The notes beneath the pieces were generated by a model, which did not search any database, had not been told where the DNA came from, and saw only the letters and a list, made by a program, of their open reading frames with translations. A stretch of 64,000 nt of DNA, from NCBI GenBank assembly GCA_965220745.1, contig CBDCQT010000006.1, positions 32,001 through 96,000 on the forward strand. Reading direction: 5' to 3'. A program made the translations under genes and the position numbers. Source of the DNA: Alphaproteobacteria bacterium (GTDB lineage Bacteria; Pseudomonadota; Alphaproteobacteria; UBA828). Below are positions 48,170 to 55,518 of the stretch, one piece after another. Within the stretch, counting starts at the first letter, position 1. Each line of letters begins with the position of its first letter.

Positions 48170-48651
48170 GCGGAGTGCCTGCACAAGAAAGACCCCGGGG
48201 ATTCGAGCGCTTCGCACGCGCCAACCCGCCTCCGTCACCATCCGCGGGGACGCCATCGAGATCCGGCTCGGCTACCGAGTTCACGATTTCCTCCTCCGCG
48301 CCGACGGGTTCGACCGCAAGCAGTCCCGCACCCCGGCTCGGAACCCGCAAGCTCCGTTTGGTCGTCCGATACCACGCCCGCTGGCAGTCTCCGTCAGCCA
48401 CCTCCGCGCCCCGGACTCCGCCTGTCGACTCCACCCGCTCCCTGGCGCTAGAATGTCACTTCACGAACTCACCGTGGGTGTTCAGGCTGGACTCCAGCGT
48501 CTCCATTCGGAACGCGTGGACGCCCTGCCGGCGGCTCGCGCTGCTTGCATGTCAGGCAGCTGTGCGGCACACTGCCCGTCGAGCGCAGGGTGGGACCAAC
48601 GACCAGCGGTCGCCCCGCTGCACCCACCGAGATCCGGGGACGAGCCCAACG

Positions 48652-49674
48652 ATGAGTTCCAAGCGTGCCGGACCACCGCCAGCCTCGAACTCGGTCGAGG
48701 CATCCAGTGAGCAGAAGACGGGACTCGCAGCAGTGGGGCAGACGATAGATGCGCGCGGCCACCAGTCTTCCGACCTAGACGTTCCCCGACCCGCATCCGT
48801 CGTCCGTGCCAAGCTCGAGGACGGCGTGTCCGTGCCGGTTCGGCGTTACGGAAATCCAGAAGGTCCGCGCCTTCTGATGAGCCACGGAAACGGGCTCGCG
48901 ATCGACCTCTACTATCCGTACTGGTCACTCCTGCTAGAGCAGTTCGACCTGCTGCTCTTCGATCTGCGCGGTCACGGCCGCAATCCTCCGGGACCGATGG
49001 CCGGGCACACCATACCGGCATTCTCGAGAGACTTGGAGACGATCGGCCAGACGGTGGACCGCTGCTTCGGTGTAAGGCCGAGGGCCGGTGTATTCCATTC
49101 CGTGTCGTGTCTGGCGGCCGCACTGTCACCTTCCCTGGGGGCCTCCTATTCGGCACTCGTGCTGTTCGACCCGCCGCTCTACCCGGCGGGGATGGGGATC
49201 GCTCACCGGATTCTCGAATCCAGCTGCAGCCGCGCTGCGGCCAGAACCCGGATCCGAGTTCACCGGTTTCGCAGCGAGCGGGACTTCGTCGATCTGATGA
49301 AGGTGCAGCCGGCGATGGCGCGGCTCCTTCCAGGCGTGCCCGAGCTCATGGCCCGCACGACACTTCGAGCGGATGGGCAAGGGAGCTATGTATTGCGGTG
49401 TCAGCCCGAGTTCGAAGCGAGAATTCTCGATTCGGTACCGAGGTTCTCGCGCTTGGTGGATCCCGATTTGCTGCCGCTGCCGGTGAAAGTGATCGCAGCG
49501 GACCCGCATCTCCAGCACCATTTCTTCCCCCCGTGCAACTTGGAGGGCACCAAGCTCGTTGACTTCGATTCGCTTTCGGACACGACTCATCTCGCACAGC
49601 TCGAGAGGCCGGAAGAGTGTGCGCGGCTCACGATCGACTTCCTCGGGCGAATCGGCCTCTGCAAGACCGCCTGA
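48652..49674 (+). CDS. Alpha/beta-fold hydrolase; candidate discrete chain-release enzyme or acyltransferase for the PKS
   Basis: MSHGNG oxyanion region, FDLRGHG, nucleophile elbow GVFHSVS, C-terminal THLAQLERPEE. The start is uncertain: ATG 48652 chosen, and the track's 48175 extension looks non-coding. Confidence 0.85.
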   Translation: MSSKRAGPPPASNSVEASSEQKTGLAAVGQTIDARGHQSSDLDVPRPASVVRAKLEDGVSVPVRRYGNPEGPRLLMSHGNGLAIDLYYPYWSLLLEQFDLLLFDLRGHGRNPPGPMAGHTIPAFSRDLETIGQTVDRCFGVRPRAGVFHSVSCLAAALSPSLGASYSALVLFDPPLYPAGMGIAHRILESSCSRAAARTRIRVHRFRSERDFVDLMKVQPAMARLLPGVPELMARTTLRADGQGSYVLRCQPEFEARILDSVPRFSRLVDPDLLPLPVKVIAADPHLQHHFFPPCNLEGTKLVDFDSLSDTTHLAQLERPEECARLTIDFLGRIGLCKTA

Positions 49675-49828
49675 GACTCTACCCCGATTGCGTCACTCGC
49701 AACGGTGATTTCGACCGAAGTCTGGCTCTCCCGGCGAGTCTGATGCTGTAATTACTTGCAAGGTCCCTCTCCATCTGCAGTCCCAATCGCACGCCCGAGC
49801 GCTTGCTGAACAGCGTGCGCCCCCCGCA

Positions 49829-50315
49829 GGCGGCCTTGGACGGCCTGTCTGTGATCCGCACCAGCCAAGGTGATCTGTCGGCGGAAGATGTTGTGCGCAG
49901 CTACAAGCAGCTGACCCGGGTCGAGAGCACCTTCCGCCACCTCAAGACTGTCGACTTGCAGGTGCGCCCGATCCGCCACCACAGCGAGCGCGTGCGGGCA
50001 CACCTGCTGCTGTGCCTGCTGGCGTGCTACGTGGAATGGCGCCTGCGCCAAGCTTTGGCTGAGCTGCTGTTTGAAGACGAAGACTTAGCGGGCTGGCGGG
50101 CGCGGTAAGCAGTGCAAGCAAAGAAGCACCGCCGTCGCACGGCGGAGGGCCTGGAACTGCACAGCTTCCCGAAATTGCTGCAGATGCTGGGCACGCGCTG
50201 TCGCCATCAATGCCGCCCGCAGGGCGACGCCAACGGCGTCACGATGGAGCGGCTGACGGAGGCGAGCGCCTTGCAGGAGCGTGTGCTAGCGCGTCAGGAT
50301 TCGGTTAGAGATTGA
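49829..50315 (+). pseudogene. IS1634-like DDE transposase, C-terminal remnant
   Basis: AALDGLSVIRTS...YKQLTRVESTFRHLKTVDLQVRPIRH..RVRAHLLLCLLACYVEW, an internal stop at 50108, then RRTAEGLELHSF. The N-terminus is missing. Confidence 0.8.
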
Positions 50316-50325
50316 GCATCTGTTG

Positions 50326-50391
50326 ATTTAAACGGTAAGACGCATTCCCCGCACGGATGAATTGCCGGTTCGACTCCGGCCCGTGGCTCCA
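50326..50391 (+). tRNA. tRNA-like remnant lacking the 5' acceptor strand (Thr-like 3' end)
   Basis: T-arm GCCGG-TTCGACT-CCGGC (50364-50380), 3' acceptor strand CCGTGGC-T-CCA, anticodon-like arm CATTC-CCCGCAC-GGATG (50343-50359), D-loop-like AAACGGTA. No GCCACGG 5' strand upstream. Confidence 0.65.
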
Positions 50392-50410
50392 AAGTCATTC
50401 AGGCCAACGC

Positions 50411-50650
50411 CTAATCCTCCCGCTCCACGAACACGTTCACCAGCGTGTCCACCCGACCCTCCAAACGGGCCATGCGCTCGCGGAGGTCGGCAATGTCGGA
50501 GCGAATCTCCCCGATGTCTTTCCAGTTGGTTTCGATGGAAGCGGCCAGCTGGTCCTGACCGCTCAGGATCATACCGCCGAGCGCGGCGGTAAGGGAGCCT
50601 AGGCCGACTCCCACGCCGACAATCGCGATTATCGTTCCCCGGCCGTTCAT
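50411..50650 (-). CDS. Small N-terminal TM plus coiled-coil protein (79 aa)
   Basis: MNGRGTIIAIVGVGVGLG...DIADLRERMARLEG; a clear paralogue at 63285-63503 supports this ATG rather than the longer track ORF. Confidence 0.8.
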   Translation of the reverse strand: MNGRGTIIAIVGVGVGLGSLTAALGGMILSGQDQLAASIETNWKDIGEIRSDIADLRERMARLEGRVDTLVNVFVERED

Positions 50651-50703
50651 CGTTTGGGAATTATGTACCAAAATCAGCAGGCCCGGCGCTAGAGGGGCGG
50701 CAA

Positions 50704-50952
50704 CTACCCCCGCTTGAACACCTTCCCGCGCTTGGGGCATCGCGAGAGCTTGGAGCCCGCCAGCGTTCCGACGACGCCTCCGATGATCGCGCCGGGGATC
50801 GTTCCGGCCGCGGCTCCAAGCGGGCCGGCCACTATTCCGATTTTCGCCCCGATCAGAGCGCCCGCGGCCGCAAGGCTTCCGCACCCCACGACCGCGCCGG
50901 CCGCCGTGGGCTTGAAAGACTCGCCGCACTGCGGGCACACGACCTCGCTCAT
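50704..50952 (-). CDS. Small Zn-knuckle / glycine-zipper membrane protein (82 aa)
   Basis: CPQCG...GxxxG-rich hydrophobic core...CPKRG; RBS-like GGAGGA just upstream. Confidence 0.75.
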   Translation of the reverse strand: MSEVVCPQCGESFKPTAAGAVVGCGSLAAAGALIGAKIGIVAGPLGAAAGTIPGAIIGGVVGTLAGSKLSRCPKRGKVFKRG

Positions 50953-50967
50953 GGTTCGATTCCTCCG

Positions 50968-51339
50968 CTAGAGTGGGTCGGCGGGCTGTTCGGGCGTCGG
51001 CGCAGGCCGCTCAGCGGCGGGAGGAGCCGAGGCGGGGCGGCCGCGTTCCAATACGCCGCAGTCGTGGAGCATTAGCAGCGCAACGCCTACGAGAATCCCG
51101 ACACCCACGTTCCGCACCACCCGCGAGCGCTCTTCAAGGCGGGCTATGTCGGGCCGTACGTCGGGCATCGAATCGATCTTCTTTTCGAGGCTCTCCTGTT
51201 TCGCCTCGACCCTGCCCAGCGACTTCATGATCGTGAGCAGGGCGCCGAACACATCCCGCCCGTTCCCGCCTCCGGGAGGGGCGGGCGGCTCTGGCGGCCG
51301 GGTTATAGGCTCCTGATCGTGGCCGTTCGTCCTATCCAT
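50968..51339 (-). CDS. Hypothetical coiled-coil protein with a C-terminal TM helix (123 aa)
   Basis: LGRVEAKQESLEKKIDSM..DIARLEER coiled coil, then VGVGILVGVALLML; start overlaps the stop of the upstream gene. Confidence 0.7.
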   Translation of the reverse strand: MDRTNGHDQEPITRPPEPPAPPGGGNGRDVFGALLTIMKSLGRVEAKQESLEKKIDSMPDVRPDIARLEERSRVVRNVGVGILVGVALLMLHDCGVLERGRPASAPPAAERPAPTPEQPADPL

Positions 51340-51607
51340 CTTGCGCGTCCTTGACTTCGAGCCATTGCCACACCGATGCGTTGGCGCGGCCGTAGTACCC
51401 CGCCATCGGAACTATGATGATCTGAGGCCGAAGGAGCGGGTCAGGTTGGGTCAGGGCCTTCCAAACCTCAAAGCTCGACCGGAGTCCCGATCGGCTGACC
51501 ACCCAAGTACTACTGTTGACCTCGAAACTCTCATCGGGCTCGAATGCGGAACTGACGAGTTCTGTTAGGTCGTCCCCCGCAGCAGCCACCACTAGGAATG
51601 CAGTCAT
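51332..51607 (-). CDS. Small hypothetical protein, possibly a Cas2-like ferredoxin fold (91 aa)
   Basis: Pattern FLVV...SSTWVV...IIIV...GYYG...VWQWL resembles small stand-alone Cas2-like phage/island proteins (by eye only). Confidence 0.6.
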   Translation of the reverse strand: MTAFLVVAAAGDDLTELVSSAFEPDESFEVNSSTWVVSRSGLRSSFEVWKALTQPDPLLRPQIIIVPMAGYYGRANASVWQWLEVKDAQDG

Positions 51608-51855
51608 CTTCTTAGCCAGCTCTCAGCGTAGCATCGCGGCAGTGTACCACCTTCCGGCCGCTTATTACAGAAAATCGGTAACTGCCCAGGTCCGGGGTTT
51701 GGCATTTGCTGACGAGTTGGGCTGTCCGTTTGCCAGAAAGAATGCGGAATTGGGCGGTGAAAATAGAGAATCGGCTTGCTCCGGTGCTGTGAGAATTGCT
51801 CCGCCCGCCTGCCCAGCCCCGGAAATCCCCGGCTGCGCAGCTCACGCCGTCGCGT

Positions 51856-52394
51856 TCAGTACCGCAGCGCGGCCAGCGCTGCCTCCGGCCCGCGCAGCAA
51901 CGTCTCGAAGCGGTTCCAGCCCTGCTTGCCGGCCGTGGACAGCACGCTGCGCAGCGTGGCGAAGTCGCGCGCCCACTGCTCGGACCGGAAACAGCCCGAG
52001 ATCTTCATGCGCAATTTCATCATGCGCAGATCTTGCTCTGCCAAATTTCGTGAACGGCACGTCGGGCTCGTGCAGGAAGCGCAGCACCGACTCCCGGCGC
52101 TTCTCCAGCCGCAACGCCAGGTTGTGTCCCGGCCGCCGCTTCTTGCGCCCCCGCCGCCCACGCTGCGGTGCCCGCAGCGCAGGCTGGGACTCGTGATAAT
52201 CCAGCGCCTTGCGCAGCAACTTGTCATAGCGCGCCTCGATGCTCGCCACCAGCCACGGCGGCAACGGCAGGTCCCGACCCCGGGCTCGCCGCACCACCCG
52301 ATGCGCCAGCCGCAGCAACTGTTGCAGCTGCCCGGCCCAGACTTCCTTGTCGATCTCCACCAGCGCCTGTAACTCGCGCAAATGATGCGCGTTG
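51856..52394 (-). pseudogene. IS66-family transposase, C-terminal remnant with frameshift
   Basis: NAHHLRELQAL...HNLALRL...VLRFLHEPDVPFT / NLAEQDLRMMKLRMKISGCFRS; frameshift at ~52045-52050; truncated at ~52394. Confidence 0.88.
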
Positions 52395-52395
52395 T

Positions 52396-52461
52396 TCTTA
52401 TAATTCCCTATTTTGATACAGTACTATTCACTTGCGACAATAAATGTTATATAGTATCATT
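52396..52461 (+). promoter_or_regulatory. AT-rich sigma70-like promoter region / mobile-element end
   Basis: Abrupt AT-rich tract; TTGCGA(52432)-N17-TATCAT(52455) and an alternative extended -10 TGtTATATA (52445-52453). Confidence 0.45.
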
Positions 52462-53187
52462 ATGCCTCGGCGCTCCCCCGCTTTGCTCGTCCCGCTGCTC
52501 GCTGCCAGTTCCCCCGTCACGCTCGAACAACTCCAGAGAGCCCTCGGCCATGCCTCCCGCGCCACCACCTTCCGCTACCTCCGCCAAGTCCGCCATATGC
52601 GTAGCTATAACCACAACGGCCGCTTCTACACCGACCCCGCTCGCCAGCGCTTCGACCGCTTCGGCCTGTTCTCCCTCGGCGGCGTCCACTTCTCCCGGGA
52701 CGGTTCCCTCAGCGCCACCGTGCTGCGCTTGCTGGGCGAATCCGACGACGGCTACACCGACCGCGAACTCGGCGACCTGCTGCACGTCGCCGTTTACCCC
52801 TGCCTGCGCGCCGCCGTCCGCCAGCAGCGTGCCCACCGCGAGCGCCTCGGTGGCGTCTATGTCTACTTCTCGGCCGATCCGCCGACCGCCGAGCAGCAGC
52901 GGCGCGCCCGCCAGACGCGCCTCCACGCCCGCCCGGCCGACACGCTGGAGCCGGCCGTCATCATCGCGGTGCTGCTGGCGCTGATCCGCCATCCCGGCTC
53001 CCCGCCCGGACAGCTGGCGCGCCACCTGCAGGGGCACTCCCCGCCGATCCCGCTGGTGCAGGTCCAGGCCGTGTTCGAGCGCTTCGAGCTGCACGGGATC
53101 GGCGAAAAAGGGGGGCTACCGCCTGCTGACGCTGCTGAGCGTGTGCTTGAACTGGGCCGAACGCTCCCAGCGCAGGACAAGTCCTAA
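52462..53187 (+). CDS. Putative transposon-associated multi-HTH protein (orphan first ORF of an IS-like element)
   Basis: N-terminal HTH-like TLEQLQRALGHASRATTFRYL, SYNHNGRFYT, FSRDGSL, GYTDREL. It begins exactly where the IS66 copy is cut. Family assignment is from memory. Confidence 0.55.
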   Translation: MPRRSPALLVPLLAASSPVTLEQLQRALGHASRATTFRYLRQVRHMRSYNHNGRFYTDPARQRFDRFGLFSLGGVHFSRDGSLSATVLRLLGESDDGYTDRELGDLLHVAVYPCLRAAVRQQRAHRERLGGVYVYFSADPPTAEQQRRARQTRLHARPADTLEPAVIIAVLLALIRHPGSPPGQLARHLQGHSPPIPLVQVQAVFERFELHGIGEKGGLPPADAAERVLELGRTLPAQDKS

Positions 53188-53445
53188 TCCATCTAAGCCA
53201 ATTCATTACAAGGACTTTCCCTCGATTCTGGCCCGCAACGTCGGTCTACATCACAGGCCGCAAGCCTGCTGACCTTGCTGGATCGGTCTATGGTGGAGCT
53301 TGCGGTTCGGGACGCCACACGCGGGCAATCCCGGGCATTCATTCTGGATTCTCGTCGTTTCGGCCCGTCCTGCTTGCGAGGGGGTAGCGGCTCGACCCAG
53401 TCGCCGGTGTCGGCTAGCTATAGTGGTCATCGTCAAGTCGGGGGA

Positions 53446-53601
53446 ATGATGGACGCTTTTCGGGAGTGGCTGCAATCCAGCCTAGGGCTCGGGCCTGTGA
53501 TCCAGGATGTGCTCCTTTTTCCCTTCCTTGCCGTCTTTCTCGTATGGGCGATCGGTAGCGCCGTCCTCGCGATTCTCTTCTTGAAGGTCAAGGCAGCGGA
53601 G
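53446..53601 (+). CDS. MscS-family mechanosensitive channel, 5' exon (52 aa)
   Basis: GGGGA RBS-like sequence, then MMDAFREWL...TM...LKVKAAE, ending on a codon boundary immediately before GTGCG. Confidence 0.8.
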
Positions 53602-55518
53602 GTGCGCCAGGCAAACTGGCCAATGTTAGGAGGTGAAAGTCCTCTGCGGTAAAGGATGAGCTGATCCATACTGCTCCCCGAGCCGTGCGGTCGCTCCCGT
53701 GAGGGAGCGGGCGAAGCGTCGGCAGGGGCGCATGCGGGCAGGGCTATCGAGCGTCGAAATCCTTGACATCTGGAGAGCCGAGGCTGTCTTTGCGGTCGAA
53801 GGCAATACCTCACGGTGCGCTATAGCTAGTGCCGGGAGGGCTCCACGGCGTCGAAGAACCCAGGCACGTATGTACGACAGAGGTTGGGACCTGGGAGGCC
53901 TTCGGGTCGTCCCGGCGGGTCGTCGCCGGGACCGTGAAGGGAAGGACAGGAGTCCAGACTGGAGATGCACGACCTGAAGGAGTCAGACTCGGCCATAGTA
54001 GCGACGAGTCCCGGGAACAAGGCGGCGGGAGCCGTGGCGGACTGGGAGGAGCGAAGGGCCGGGACCAACGAGAATCCGGGAGGCCGAAGCACGGTCCGCA
54101 CGCAGGGGCGGGCAGCCGTGTCACAGGGGGCCGAGCGGATACGGCAATGCATGACGAGGAATCCAAAGGAGAAGCTCACTGCGCTGCTGCACCACGTGAC
54201 GCCGGAGACGCTGCGAGCCGCCTATGACGCGCTGAAGCGCGAGGCGGCACCGGGCGTGGATGGCATGACGTGGGACAGGTACGGGGAAGGGTTGGACGAG
54301 CGGCTGCTCGAACTGCACGACCGCGTGCATGCAGGAACGTACCGAGCGACGCCGTCACGGCGGGTGAACATTCCGAAGCCGGACGGCGGCACGCGACCGC
54401 TGGGGGTGGCCGCACTGGAAGACAAGATCGTCCAGAAGGCCGTTGTGGACAATATCCTGACGCCGATTTACGAGGCGCAATTCCTCGGGTTCAGCTACGG
54501 GTTCCGGCCCGGGCGGGGCGCGCACGACGCGCTAGACGCCTTGGCATACGGGATCGAGAAGCGCAAGGTCAACTGGATACTGGATGCCGACATCGCCAAG
54601 TTCTTCGACCGCATCGACAGGGACTGGATGCTCCGGTTTTTGGGCGCGCGGATCGGAGACCAGCGGCTGATCAGGCTGATAGGAAAGTGGCTGCGCATGG
54701 GTGCCATGGAAGACGGCCAACTGGTCGACACGGGCAAGGGGACGCCGCAGGGGTCGGTGATTTCACCGGTCCTCGCCAACATCTACCTGCATTACGTACT
54801 CGATCAGTGGGTCGGGCGGAAGTGGCGACCGCGGGAAGCACGCGGCGAAATGATCTTCGTGCGGTATGCCGACGATTACGTGGCGGGCTTCCAGCATCGG
54901 AAGGACGCGGAACGGTTCCTGAGGGACCTGAAGGAGAGGCTCGGCCAGTTCGGACTGGAACTGCACCCGGACAAGACCCGCCTGATCGAGTTCGGACGGT
55001 TCGCGATGGCGGACCGGAAGAAGCGCGGGCAGGGACGCCCGGAAACGTTCGATTTCCTCGGCATGACGCACTATTGCCGACAGACGAGGAAGGGACATTT
55101 CGGGCTGGGGCGCAAGCCGGTGGCGAAACGCATGAGCCGGACCCTGAATGCCATCCGGGCCAAATTGCGACGTCGCATGCATGCGGACACGCTGGAGACC
55201 GGGAGATGGCTGGGACAGGTGCTGCGAGGCTGGTACAACTACTTCGCGGTGCCGACCAGCTACCCGTACCTGGCCAGATTCGAGCAGCGCGTAAAGCGGG
55301 AATGGCTAACCATTCTGCGGAAACGGTCGCAAAAGGACCGGTACCCGAGGGAGCGACAGGACCGGCTGTGCCAAGCCCTGTGGCCGCCCGTACAAGTGCT
55401 TCACCCGTGGCCAGACCAGAGATTTGCCGTCAAGCATCGGAGGTAGGAGCCGAGTGCGTTAACGCGCCTGCTCGGATCTGTGCGGGGGGAGCTGGGTAAC
55501 CGGCTTCCCTACCGCGAT
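53602..55518 (+). mobile_element. Group II intron (IIB-like, possibly bacterial class E)
   Basis: 5' end GTGCG at 53602; domain V GAGCCGAGTGCG-TTAA-CGCGCCTGCTCGGATC at ~55447; domain VI ending ...CCCTACCGCGAT at 55518; EBS2 CCTTGAC (53761-53767) and EBS1 CTTTGC (53788-53793) complement the 5' exon. Confidence 0.93.
53965..55446 (+). CDS. ltrA: Group II intron reverse transcriptase/maturase (no endonuclease domain)
   Basis: APGVDG, IPKPDGGTRPLG, SYGFRPGRGAHDAL, DADIAKFFD, GTPQGSVISPVLANIYLH, RYADD, FDFLG, GWYNYF; ends after domain X. Confidence 0.96.
   Translation: MHDLKESDSAIVATSPGNKAAGAVADWEERRAGTNENPGGRSTVRTQGRAAVSQGAERIRQCMTRNPKEKLTALLHHVTPETLRAAYDALKREAAPGVDGMTWDRYGEGLDERLLELHDRVHAGTYRATPSRRVNIPKPDGGTRPLGVAALEDKIVQKAVVDNILTPIYEAQFLGFSYGFRPGRGAHDALDALAYGIEKRKVNWILDADIAKFFDRIDRDWMLRFLGARIGDQRLIRLIGKWLRMGAMEDGQLVDTGKGTPQGSVISPVLANIYLHYVLDQWVGRKWRPREARGEMIFVRYADDYVAGFQHRKDAERFLRDLKERLGQFGLELHPDKTRLIEFGRFAMADRKKRGQGRPETFDFLGMTHYCRQTRKGHFGLGRKPVAKRMSRTLNAIRAKLRRRMHADTLETGRWLGQVLRGWYNYFAVPTSYPYLARFEQRVKREWLTILRKRSQKDRYPRERQDRLCQALWPPVQVLHPWPDQRFAVKHRR

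Noticed and set aside
70-48256. Hundreds of alternative-frame and antisense ORFs (up to ~700 aa) overlapping the PKS, recurring module to module
   Set aside because: Expected shadows of a GC-rich, codon-biased, repetitive coding sequence. They are Arg/Pro/Ala-rich, have no recognisable motifs, and recur only because the modules repeat.
48175-48651. 159-aa N-terminal extension of the hydrolase
   Set aside because: Low-complexity Ser/Pro/Arg sequence with no fold signal; more likely intergenic.
50316-50391. Functional tRNA-Ala(CGC) or tRNA-Thr gene
   Set aside because: No 5' acceptor strand complementary to CCGTGGC, and the anticodon loop is non-canonical.
50651-50938. 175-aa version of the ORF ending at 50411
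   Set aside because: It overlaps the 82-aa gene in another frame, and the paralogue at 63285 starts at the MNG equivalent.
51332-51607. CRISPR-Cas locus suggested by a Cas2-like protein
   Set aside because: No repeat-spacer array, cas1 or other cas genes are visible in the window.
53965-55446. Retron, DGR or defence-associated RT
   Set aside because: Group II intron termini, domains V/VI, EBS-IBS pairing and maturase domain X fully explain it.
55480-55518. Track start of MscS (MRGELGNRLPYRD)
   Set aside because: This stretch is intron domain V/VI sequence; the real N-terminus is the 5' exon at 53446.
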